This document shows, piece after piece, positions 38,101 through 49,300 of a stretch of 64,000 bases of DNA (position 1 is its first letter; the number at the start of each line of letters is the position of its first letter). Below the pieces are notes generated by a model that was given only the letters and a program-made list of their open reading frames with translations, had not been told where the DNA came from and made no database searches. This DNA is from Cyanophora paradoxa CCMP329 (lineage: Eukaryota; Plantae; Glaucophyta), in the NCBI GenBank assembly GCA_004431415.1, contig QPMI01000214.1, forward strand, positions 87,651 through 151,650, given 5' to 3'. The translations under genes and the position numbers were made by a program.

Positions 38101-40332
38101 CGTGCCAGCCGTTGCATGCGGCGAGGGCGCGGTCGTAGCGGAGCGGCTGCACGAGGATCGAGTCGACGAGGTCCGCCGCGAGGTCGGCCGGGCCGGAGCG
38201 CATGTCCCGCCCGTCGCTCGGGGCGTACACGGGGAGGTGCAGGTCCTGGGGCCGCAGGGCGAAGCCGGTGCCGGGGAGGCGGGCCTTGACCTCGGCGGCG
38301 GCGCGGGCGAGCTTGGAGAAGTGGAAGGGAGCCGAGACGGCGAGGAACTGGGCGTCCAGCTCGGGCTTGCGCTTCGAGAAGGGCACCCGGCTCTGGTCCG
38401 TCCCCAGCGGCACGCACTCCTGCCGCAGCGTCTCGTACAGCCGCTGCAGCGCCGGCGGCGCCCCGCACGCCACCACGTGCCGCGGGCCGTTCTTCAGCCC
38501 AATCTCCACGCGCCAGGGGCCGGCGCCGGGACCCTCGGCGGCCTCTGAGGCCTGGGGCGGGGTGAGGGGTGGCGGGGGGGGGGGGGGGGGGGGGGGCGGG
38601 ACGGGCCCTGTTGAGGCGGTCGATGACGGCCTGGACGCGCTCGGGGAGGAGGCGGCGGATGGAGAGCATGGCGCTCGCCCCCGTCGACGACGACGCCGCC
38701 ACCGAGCAGAAGGTCTTCGAGGCCAGCACCGAGGCCGTGATCGACGCCGCCTCCAGGTGGCCCCGCAGCCCCGCGTGGAACAGCGCCCGCGCCGCCGCCC
38801 CGCACCGCTCCACCATCTCCTGCGCCCCCGCGCTCGCAAGCCCCCGGGGCCCCGGGGGCGGCGTCGGCGGGGGATACGCACGTCTTCGGAGCTGCAGGCG
38901 GCGAGGACGGCAGCGGCCCAGATGCCCTGCGAGTGGCCCGTTGCGCCCTGCGGGGCCGGCGTGAGGGCTGCTCGCGCGGGGCTCGAGGGGCCGGCGTGCG
39001 GGGCGTGGCGGGCCTTGAACAAGGAGAGGAAGGCGCGGGGGTCGCGGCGGGACATCTTCATGCACACGTAAAAGTGAGCCACCTGCCGCCCCCCCCGCCC
39101 TCAGACCCGCCGCCCCGCCCGGCGCGGGGTGCCGAGGGGCGGGCCTGGGTGACGAAGACGAGGGGGAAGGAGACGGCAGAGCAGGTGAGGGCCTCGTCGT
39201 TGGGCGTGGCGTCGCGGTTCTCGACCCAGGCCATGCCGTCGACGGCGTAGCCGCCGAGCGGGGTGAGGGCGAGGTCCCCCGTGCAGAGCCCGCTCTCGTC
39301 CCGCACCGCGTCGCACAGCAGCCGGATGAACCCCCGCGCGAACGGGTACGTCTCGTACAGCTGCTTCAGCTCTGCCGACGCCCCGCCACGCTGTCAGCGG
39401 CCGGCGGCGCGCGCGCGGGGGTAGAGCGGGGGCACCGTCGAGGTAGGCGTAGCCCTGGCCGTTGAACTCGAGGAAGAGACCGGCGGCGCCAGCCTCCGCC
39501 TCTATGAAGAGGTGCGACTGCAGCGAGTCCGCGTTCGCGCTGTCGGGCGCCTTGCCCGCCCACTGCTGCGCCCAGAGGAAGTTGCGGACGGCGTCTGCCT
39601 GGTTCGGCAGGCCGGCCGTCGCCCTGCGCCCCGCCCCCGCCCGTCACCCGCCGCCCCGCCCCCGCCCCGCCCAGGCCCCGAGGCGCCGCACTCGTGCACA
39701 TCGCCCTGCGACGCAAGACGGTGCGCGTCAGTGCCGGCGGCCCGCCGCGCAAAGCGGCGGGGCACGCGTACGTGGGAGATGATGCTCCGCGCGATGTGCT
39801 GGTAGGTCGCGATAATCTGCCCGGCGGACGTGCGAGGGTATGTCGGCGGAGGGGATTGGCGGATCGGAGGCGGGCCGGGCGCGTTCGGGCGGACCAGCTG
39901 CGAGCGACTGATCTCGTTGATTGGGGGGTCGAGCTTGTCAGCGCGGCGAAGGGAGGAGAGCCACGCCGAAATGGCCTCGATTTCCGACGCAAACTGCTTA
40001 AATCCGCGGTCGTAAGCGTCCAGCAGCGCGGGCGGCGGCGGCGGCGGCGCGGGGCGGCTAACGTCGTCGCGGTGAAGCTCCGGGCTCGCCGCGTACACGC
40101 GGCTCGCCGGGGCTCGGAGGCCGGCTGGAAGGTTCAGTCCCCACGCACTAGACGGGCCGCTGCGATCCGAGGCCCTCGGAACGAAGCAGGGCGCCCACGG
40201 CGGGAGAATTTACCCAATGGCAAAAAAGGTCGAAGTGCGGGCGGCGTCACTCGCATTCAGGGCGTCCCGAGACATCGGACGCCCCGTACCGTTCAGAGAC
40301 GCAAGCTGTTCAAACGAGTTGGTCCTCGACAT
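26183..40332 (-). CDS. FAS: Single-chain fungal-type (type I) fatty acid synthase: AT-ER-DH-MPT-ACP-KR-KS-PPT
   Basis: AT: [15 protein letters not shown]: [27 protein letters not shown]: [12 protein letters not shown]...IVHGMW. MPT: [49 protein letters not shown]: [16 protein letters not shown]: [22 protein letters not shown]: [42 protein letters not shown]: GVDVE...RNFTPAE...[15 protein letters not shown]...VSIAHS. Roughly 30 introns; start (MSRTNSF at 40332) tentative. Confidence 0.96.
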
Positions 40333-40929
40333 GTCGCAGTGAAGTCGATCGAACGAGAGGGCGAGATCTAGAGGAGAGAACTGGGCGACGAGAGAGTGTG
40401 CTGCCGCGGCGCTGCTCGTGGTGGAGAGGGGCGTCGCCCTCTCCGCGCTGCGCGGCTTGCGGGACGAGGGACGGTGCTGCGGGGATACAGAGCACACGGC
40501 CGCGGCCGATCGAGATAACGATCCAGATTGGTATCCGTCACAGCGACCGGCCACAAAACCGCTGCGCCGAATCCGTCCGCGTCCGTACCGATACCCCATA
40601 CCCCCAGACACTGGCTGAGCTCATGAGGGTCCGGCTCACTGCCGCGGGCCCGCGGCGGGGCTCAGTGGCCATGGGCTCATGATCATCGTCACCGGGCTTA
40701 GGCCGCTCAGCCCGGCTGCTTCGCATCCTGCGCATGCCGTGAGCCTGCGGCTAGCTGCTTCGCATGTATCTGCTCATGGTCAATGCCATGATCGATGTCT
40801 CGGAGGACAATTGCTCGATAGCTAACCGCAGCCGCCTCCGCTGTAGCTCGCGGGGCTCGCTGCGGGGCACAGATCTCACCCACGCGGACGACGTACGCGT
40901 CCGCGGCCGTGGCGTGCGATTCGATATTC

Positions 40930-41710
40930 GTCACGCCGTGACGAGCATCGTGAGGTGTCCCGCGCGGCAAGCGTTAAGATCCGATCGCGAAGATCGGTCA
41001 GCCTGGCAATATTGATATCAATATTAATTGCAAGTGCACGTGTGCCGCGGTGCATTTAAAATTGGCGCTGCATGCCGTACGCGTGCGCGACCCCCGCCCG
41101 CGCGCGCCTGCTACTGGCCATGGCCCGCAACTGACCATGCCGCAGTGCGTGCCGCAGCGTGCGAGGCGCCTCCGGCGGGCGGGCGGCGATGCTCTCCGGA
41201 GAGCGGAGGCGGCCGGCGCCGCGGCCGGCGCCAGCGCCCCGCGCGCCGCGGGCCGCGCTCCTCCACTTGGATTACGGGAGGACCGGACCGGCTAGCGCGC
41301 GCGCTGGCGCCAGTGCCTATGGCTTAGGCCGGCATCCACCCGCGGCTTCCCCCGGCGACGCTCACAATCAACCTTCAGCCCCGGATATTTAATTCAATTC
41401 CACCGTGGCACCGCCGCGGCGGGCGGGCGGCCTCCCGGCTCTCGGCAGCTCGCCCACAGCTGGCCTCCCTGCTCAGCGGCTGGGCCCGAGTGCTCGAAGT
41501 CGAGCCAGCTCCGGATCCAGCCTGGCAGGTCCGACGGTCCGACGGTCCAACGGTCCGCCCCGCCATGCCCCCACCCCACTGCGGCTCTGAAACTCACTAC
41601 ACGGGGGTGATCATGAGCAGCCACGCCCCGATCATCGGTCCTTGCCAAGTTGGCTCATGTGCACAAGGTATCCGATGATCGGCGGCGGCTCGTACCCTCA
41701 TGATCAGCCA
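40930..41710. other. Dense cluster of X-C-rc(X)-G-X micro-insertions upstream of FAS
   Basis: Exact 11-mers at 40933 (ACG), 41138 (TGC), 41401 (CAC), 41471 (GCT), 41518 (CAG), 41529 and 41537 (GTC), 41642 (TTG), 41670 (ATC). Confidence 0.85.
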
Positions 41711-41930
41711 TCCACTAGAGACATGCTCCGTGCGCGCCTGCCCGCCCGCCTGCCGGCCGGCCCGGTGCCGGGCCCTAGCTGATCGACCCACGTACCCCGC
41801 GCAGCCCGCGCGGGAGCCTGCCGCCGGCGAAAAGGAGGGGTCGCAGCTGCAGCCGCGCGACAGCGGGATCGGCGCGGCGGGCGTCGCTGCGGTGAACGCC
41901 GGCGGGCGTAAGGCCTGCGGGGCGGAGCAG

Positions 41931-43288
41931 ATGGCGGCCGTGCGTGGCGCCCGTGATCTCTACCCTCGAGATTTATCCTCTGACCAGTCGCCTTCTCGCT
42001 GCGCTCGCAGGCGGTCCCAGGGGAGGCTGCGGGCTCGAGCTCGGAAGCCGACCCGCGGCGCGCAGCGGGAGTTCCGCGGCGGCAGGCCGCGTCAGCGCCC
42101 TCTGTCAAGGCACTCCCCTGCCCGTCTCCCTGCCGCCTCGTACCCGTCTTGAGCTCCCTCCCGCAGGCCGCCGAGGAGGGCCCGAAGCGGGGCGCGGTTG
42201 AGGTGCGACCCGCGATTCTAACCCCTCCCTCCCCCCTCCCCACTCCCCCCCCCCGGCTCCCCGGCCCCCGCCCCCCGCCCCCCCCCCCCCCTCCTCCTCC
42301 TCCCCCCTCGCCCCCCTCCCCACTCTTCGACCCCTCCCTCTCTCCTCCCTTCCCCCCCCCCCCCCCCCCCTCCCCTCCCCTCCCCTCCCCTTCCTCTCTG
42401 GCGCCGCCTCACGCCTCACTGGCGCTCTGCAGATGAGCGAGCTCGAGGCCAAACATCAGGCCCCGCCCGTGACTGCCGTGCGCTCCCGGCCCCGTCATCT
42501 TTCGCTGCGGCCTGGGACCTCGCTGACGTCAAGCTCCAGGAGGAAGAGCGGGTGCAGCGCCCGGGAGAACCCTGCCTCTCGTTCCAGGGGTACGCCCTCA
42601 TCGGTCTCCGTAACGCCGCGACGCTGCGCCTCAGTGCGGCCCCTGCCGTACCCCCCTCGCTGCGGGCCCCCCTCTGACGGACGCGTCACCGGTCCCGGGG
42701 CGCAGGCGTCGACGTGCCGCTGGCCGCCGGCTTCCAGACCTCCGAGATGTTGCTCGAGGCCATCAAGTGCGCAGGCGCCCGGCTCCTCAAGGTACGCCGC
42801 GCCGCGCCGCGACGCGCCCCGAGTCCTCCGACGGCCGCTGAGGGGCCGGCGCGGCAGGACCCGCACGTCCTCTCCGCTATGCGGGTCTCGTACAGGGGCG
42901 AGGCGGACCTGGACGCCGTCCTCCGCCCCCTCGTGGACGCCGCGGCGGAGATGGACGAGCCCGAGAGGCGCCGGGCGGCGGAGGAGGCCATCGAGAAGTG
43001 CGCCGGCGCCATCAAAGCGAGCGCGCGCGCGCGCGTGTGTGTGTGCTCTCGCCGGCGCCCGCGGCCCGCCTCACCCGCGCCGGGCTGCAGGCCTGTCGGG
43101 CAAGGCGGGGCAGTGGTGGGCCGACAACTTCCCCGCGCGCCTGGTGGAGGAGGGGCCCGGGAGGGCCGCCTTCTTGCGGGTCCGAACGGGCGTGGAGCTG
43201 CTCACCTACATCGCTGCCAGCGACGTGCACGGCTTCCTCAAGCTCACATCCCCCAGGTCCGCTCTTGATCCACCTATATAAAGCTTAG
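41931..43288 (+). CDS. Hypothetical spliced protein
   Basis: Exon-like segments MSELEAKHQAPPVTA, SEMLLEAIKCAGARLLK|DPHVLSAMRVSYRGEADLDAVLRPLVD...EKCAGAIK|GLSGKAGQWWADNFPARLV...VELLTYIAASDVHGFLKL with typical introns; both ends uncertain. Confidence 0.5.
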
Positions 43289-45047
43289 TCCCGAGACCTC
43301 GACCCGCCGCGGGCGCGGACCTATAGCTTACTCCCGCGCGCGCGCTCCCCGCAGCACGCTGCAGCTGCGGCGCGTCTGCCTCGCCCTGGCCTTGGTCATA
43401 TCGATCTGGGGGCCCATCAGGAACGACACGAACGACCAAGACGACATCGATCGCGTTGGCGTGGTGCGTTCCTACGTGCATGTGTACCGGGCACTGTCGC
43501 CCGCTCTCCTGACCGTGAGGGAGAGATTGGAGAGCTCGAGCGCAGGCGCTTCACCAACTTGCGGAGCGGGGCGGAGAACCCGCACAGCGGCGCTCGTCTG
43601 CTCTCAGTCGCCTTCGAGGCCTGGGGCGCCGAGCTCAAGACCTCGAGCTGGGGCTCGCTCCCAGCTGCGGCGGCGGGCAAGATCAAGATTAAGATTGCGC
43701 TGTCGACCATCGATTGTTTGGTCTAGCTAGGCCGGATCTACATTTGCATGTACCCGAAACCATCGAAATAAAAAACCAACGGGGTCCAATCCAGGGGAAC
43801 ATGTTCAGTCGGGGGGCCATCACGAGCATGACAGGGGCCTGATGGGATCTGGCGCTATAGCTACGCGCCGACAAGAATGGTGGGGAGGGGAGCTGGGGTC
43901 CAGAGGAGGGTGCGGGGGCGACCGAGCAGCTACTGGCGGGCCCGAACAGATCGCTTGCATGCTGAAGCGCCGGGTGGGCAGGCGCGTCCGCCGCTGCTGG
44001 CGAGGCGAGCGACGCCAGGGGTCCTGCACGCAGTAGCAGCGAAGATCAGTTGGCGCTCAAGCGCGCGCGCCGGGACGCCCGGGCGCCTGCACCGCACTTC
44101 CATGCGATCGGCGGCCCCCGGGGTCCGACGAAGAACGCCTCTCAAGGAGAGCTGCACGGGCGGGCAGGCGGCGCTCGTCGCTTTGCTGCAGTGCTGCGCG
44201 GGGGCCGATCAAACCCCGCTCTTTCTCGGCGCCGCGGCCGCCCAAGGGCCCGGCGTGCCGCGCCCCAACACGGGAGACGCACCCGAGAGCTGCTACGCGT
44301 CGCCGAGTCCCGCCACGCGCCCTCCACCAGGGTTCCTCTAGGCCTGCAGGTGCGTTCAGGTGCCGAACTCGCACGCGGAGCCTCAGCGCGCGCTGCCCAC
44401 GTACATGCGACGCAATGGGCTCCTTCGAGGCGCCCCTGGGCTCCGGAGACGCATCTTCGGACGTCTCGCGCTCGCGCTGTGCCTAATCAGCGCTCGAGGC
44501 GGACGCGCCGCGCGGGCCCACTATCAGCCCCAGAAACGCGCACCACATTCTTCTCATGACTTCCGACGTCCGAGGGCAGTCCGTGAGTGCGCGAGAGCGG
44601 GCCGGGCAGCGACTCCTCACACCTCAAGAGCCGACCTCCAGAGCAAATCCCTGCAGAGTTGATCCGGGCTTTCAAGCGTGCACGTGGCCTCCACGCTCGC
44701 TAGGAGCTTGTCCGCCGTGCATAGCTAGCTGAACAGAACTCCGAGCACCGCGCCGCTCCTGTCGGTGGCAAACGCTTGAGATAGAAACCAGGCGCGACAT
44801 GAACTCAGAGCACAGATTGCACCGCCGAGAGGATTGCTCTCTCCGAGGCTCCGCACGCACTCCTTCGGGTGCCAGGACCAAAGCGTGCATTCCGCAGCTG
44901 CCCGACACGCACATCTCGTATTCTGCGCTAGATCTAGCACGCAGCACGTGCGTAGCTAGCTCTCCGGCAACTCCGGCAAGAGGAAGGCGCGGCTTAGGCG
45001 CGGCTAAGGCGCCTTGGACGGGGTAAGGGGAAGGGCGGGGCGGGGGG

Positions 45048-45157
45048 AGGGGCAAGTTTTGGCCGCTGCAGCGGCCAATCCTTTTTTGTCCACGGGTGGG
45101 GGTACGGGTAAGTACGGGGGGGGCAAGTTTTGGCCGCTGCAGCGGCCAATCCTTTTT
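45048..45157. repeat. Paired 20 bp perfect palindromes (TTGGCCGCTGCAGCGGCCAA) within a G-run/T-run direct repeat, present in every array unit
   Basis: ggggcaagtt-TTGGCCGCTGCAGCGGCCAA-tccttttt occurs twice per unit about 70 bp apart (45059-45078 and 45130-45149 in copy 1). Confidence 0.92.
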
Positions 45158-45619
45158 CGCACCCCCGAAATATCTGCGCTCGACTCCGCAGGCGAGCACT
45201 TTAGCTTCGCGACTTGCTGAGCTCGCGGGTGATCATGACGGCGTGCGCGCTCTTTGCCCGCACACGAGGCGCCGGCGCATGCATGGAGATCGAGATGCGG
45301 TGCGAGCGCAGTGGTGCGCCCCCGAACTCAGCTAGCTATAGGATGTTGTTGCTGAAGATCTGCAGGTCGAGGCGAGGAGCTCGAGGACCACGCGTACAGA
45401 CGGCAGTGCACAGCCCAAATCGCGGGCTCGCAGCCGGTAGATCATCGGATCCTGCGCGAACGCTCCGAGGCTCGCACGCCGGGGCCTTGCAGCTGTGTGC
45501 AGCGCGCAACGACAACGACAGCGGCCGGGGGCGTCGAAGACAGAGAAAGGCTCTGAGCGACGCTCGTTCGACGTGCGGGCGGCTGCGGTGATCGGGGCGT
45601 GTTGAGGCCCTGAGGCGCT

Positions 45620-46330
45620 CGCTGGCCGCTCTTCCTGGTACGGCGCGACGGCCTCCACGCCGCCGACCTGCGGGTGCAGCCGGAGGAGCTCTGCGACGCG
45701 GCCGCCGCCTTGGTCCGCCTCCGGCGTTTCCCCTTCGACTCCGCCCGCTCGCCCGCTCGCGCGCCGCGCCGCGCGGGCCGACCGTCGGACGGACGCAGCG
45801 GTGGCGGCGGCGCAAGCGCGGGCGGGAACTCCTGCGGCAGCTGCCGAAGGAGGCGACGGGCCTCCTCGTCGACCTCGTCTCGGGGTGCGCGGCGGGCCCT
45901 GCCTCGTCCCTGCCCGCCCCCGCGCGCCTCACGCGGCCCGCAGCACCTTCGCAGCCGCCCCGCCGCCCCCGACGCCGCCATCGCCATCGGCCTCTCTGCC
46001 CCCTGCCGCCCCGCCCGCCCTGCCGGGCGAGTCAGTGGCGACCGTGCCGGCTCCATCGGCACGGCCGGCCGGCGGCACCGGGCGGACCCGGCACGACGCC
46101 GAGCTGGCTGGCTCTCCATCTTCTTGGAGACCGCCGCCGCCGCGGGGCCTTCCCCGCCGGCGCCGGCCGTCCGGGTGGCCAACCCCCTCATCGAGTTCCT
46201 CAGGAGCGTCGAGCTCGGCTACTGCGCGCGGCTCCACGTCGAGCAGCGGCGGCGGCCGAGTGAGGGTGGCATCGGCAGCGCGCGCCGCGCGGCACGGGGC
46301 AGTCTTTGGCACGCGATCCGCCGCGTCCGT
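45620..46330 (+). pseudogene. Degenerate spliced gene fragment carried in each array unit
   Basis: Protein-like pieces (PLFLVRRDGLHAADLRVQPEELCDAAAAL; ELLRQLPKEATGLLVDLVSG; WLSIFLE...NPLIEFLRSVELGY) separated by host-style introns (gtccgc...gcag; gtgcgc...ctcac...gcag). No clear start codon or family. Confidence 0.4.
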
Positions 46331-49300
46331 ATAGCCGCCCAAGCCGGGCGCCCTCCCTCCGGGTCAGATGATCTAGAAGCCTGCCCCCCGGCCCTCCGCC
46401 CGCGCCCGCGTCCGCCCGAGTCGGACCTGCGCGTGATTCGTGCCTGCAGTCTCCGTCACGGCGTCCCCAATTAATATTAATATTGCAAGCCCTCCGCTCC
46501 GCCTCGCCTCGTGCCCCCCCGGCCCCCGGCGAGCTTCTCTGCCGGCGACGCCTCCTTGCCGCAGCACCCTCGCATCCGACAGTCCCTTCCCCGGCGCGGG
46601 CCAGCAGTGCTAGCGCTGCTGGCCCGGGATCCCATTGCTTCCTCGTAGTCCTCTAGCTACAGCTGATACAATGTTTCCACGTGCAGTAGCTGAGCAGACC
46701 TTGAAGCCCTGGAGCCGCCGAACGCCCTCCAACCAGCCCGCGCGGGACGAAGGGGTACTTCCCGTTGCGTCGGCGGCCTCCGAGGCCTCGGCGGACCCGA
46801 ACAGATCGCTCACATGCTGAAGCGCCGGGTGGGCAGGCGCGTCCGCCGCTGCTGGCGAGGCGAGCGACGCCAGGGGTCCTGCACGCAGTAGCAGCGAAGA
46901 TCAGTTGGCGCTCAAGCGCGCGCGCCGGGACGCCCGGGCGCCTGCACCGCACTTCCATGCGATCGGCGGCCCCCGGGGTCCGACGAAGAACGCCTCTCAA
47001 GGAGAGCTGCACGGGCGGGCAGGCGGCGCTCGCCGCTTTGCTGCAGTGCTGCGCGGGGGCCGATCAAACCCCGCTCTTTCTCGGCGCCGCGGCCGCCCAA
47101 GGGCCCGGCGTGCCGCGCCCCAACACGGGAGACGCACCCGAGAGCTGCTACGCGTCGCCGAGTCCCGCCGCGCGCCCTCCACCAGGGGCCTCTAGGCCTG
47201 CAGGTGCGTTCAGGTGCCGAACTCGCACGCGGAGCCTCAGCGCGCGCTGCCCACGTACATGCGACGCAATGGGCTCCTTCGAGGCGCCCCTGGGCTCCGG
47301 AGACGCATCTTCGGACGTCTCGCGCTCGCGCTGTGCCTAATCAGCGCTCGAGGCGGACGCGCCGCGCGGGCCCACTATCAGCCCCAGAAACGCGCACCAC
47401 ATTCTTCTCATGACTTCCGACGTCCGAGGGCAGTCCGTGAGTGCGCGAGAGCGGGCCGGGCAGCGACTCCTCACACCTCAAGAGCCGACCTCCAGAGCAA
47501 ATCCCTGCAGAGTTGATCCGGGCTTTCAAGCGTGCACGTGGCCTCCACGCTCGCTAGGAGCTTGTCCGCCGTGCATAGCTAGCTGAACAGAACTCCGAGC
47601 ACCGCGCCGCTCCTGTCGGTGGCAAACGCTTGAGATAGAAACCAGGCGCGACATGAACTCAGAGCACAGATTGCACCGCCGAGAGGATTGCTCTCTCCGA
47701 GGCTCCGCACGCACTCCTTCGGGTGCCAGGACCAAAGCGTGCATTCCGCAGCTGCCCGACACGCACATCTCGTATTCTGCGCTAGATCTAGCACGCAGCA
47801 CGTGCGTAGCTAGCTCTCCGGCAACTCCGGCAAGAGGAAGGCGCGGCTTAGGCGCGGCTAAGGCGCCTTGGACGGGGGTAAGGGGAAGGGCGGGGCGGGG
47901 GGGAGGGGCAAGTTTTGGCCGCTGCAGCGGCCAATCCTTTTTTGTCCACGGGTGGGGGTACGGGTAAGTACGGGGGGGGGGCAAGTTTTGGCCGCTGCAG
48001 CGGCCAATCCTTTTTCGCACCCCCGAAATATCTGCGCTCGACTCCGCAGGCGAGCACTTTAGCTTCGCGACTTGCTGAGCTCGCGGGTGATCATGACGGC
48101 GTGCGCGCTCTTTGCCCGCACACGAGGCGCCGGCGCATGCATGGAGATCGAGATGCGGTGCGAGCGCAGTGGTGCGCCCCCGAACTCAGCTAGCTATAGG
48201 ATGTTCAACGGTTGTTGCTGAAGATCTGCAGGTCGAGGCGAGGAGCTCGAGGACCACGCGTACAGACGGCAGTGCACAGCCCAAATCGCGGGCTCGCAGC
48301 CGGTAGATCATCGGATCCTGCGCGAACGCTCCGAGGCTCGCACGCCGGGGCCTTGCAGCTGTGTGCAGCGCGCAACGACAACGACAGCGGCCGGGGGCGT
48401 CGAAGACAGAGAAAGGCTCTGAGCGACGCTCGTTCGACGTGCGGGCGGCTGCGGTGATCGGGGCGTGTTGAGGCCCTGAGGCGCTCGCTGGCCGCTCTTC
48501 CTGGTACGGCGCGACGGCCTCCACGCCGCCGACCTGCGGGTGCAGCCGGAGGAGCTCCGCGACGCGGCCGCCGCCTTGGTCCGCCTCCGGCGTTTCCCCT
48601 TCGACTCCGCCCGCTCGCCCGCTCGCGCGCCGCGCCGCGCGGGCCGACCGTCGGACGGACGCAGCGGTGGCGGCGGCGCAAGCGCGGGCGGGAACTCCTG
48701 CGGCAGCTGCCGAAGGAGGCGACGGGCCTCCTCGTCGACCTCGTCTCGGGGTGCGCGGCGGGCCCTGCCTCGTCCCTGCCGCCCCCGCGCGCCTCACGCG
48801 GCCCGCAGCACCTTCGCAGCCGCCCCGCCGCCCCCGACGCCGCCATCGCCATCGGCCTCTCTGCCCCCTGCCGCCCCGCCCGCCCTGCCGGGCGAGTCAG
48901 TGGCGACCGTGCCGGCTCCATCGGCACGGCCGGCCGGCGGCACCGGGCGGACCCGGCACGACGCCGAGCTGGCTGGCTCTCCATCTTCTTGGAGACCGCC
49001 GCCGCCGCGGGGCCTTCCCCGCCGGCGCCGGCCGTCCGGGTGGCCAACCCCCTCATCGAGTTCCTCAGGAGCGTCGAGCTCGGCTACTGCGCGCGGCTCC
49101 ACGTCGAGCAGCGGCGGCGGCCGAGTGAGGGTGGCATCGGCAGCGCGCGCCGCGCGGCACGGGGCAGTCTTTGGCACGCGATCCGCCGCGTCCGTATAGC
49201 CGCCCAAGCCGGGCGCCCTCCCTCCGGGTCAGATGATCTAGAAGCCTGCCCCCCGGCCCTCCGCCCGCGCCCGCGTCCGCCCGAGTCGGACCTGCGCGTG

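Noticed and set aside
1588-40332. Lipid-metabolism gene cluster (ACX, Mpv17/PMP22, HIBADH, FAS)
   Set aside because: Interspersed with unrelated genes, different compartments and opposing pathways; no evidence beyond proximity.
45048-45157. Palindromic direct repeats with a spacer, superficially CRISPR-like
   Set aside because: Only two repeats per unit, the same spacer in every unit, eukaryotic context and no cas genes.
45820-45890. Vps11-like identity for LLRQLPKEATGLLVDL in the array unit
   Set aside because: Resemblance is too short and unsupported by neighbouring segments.
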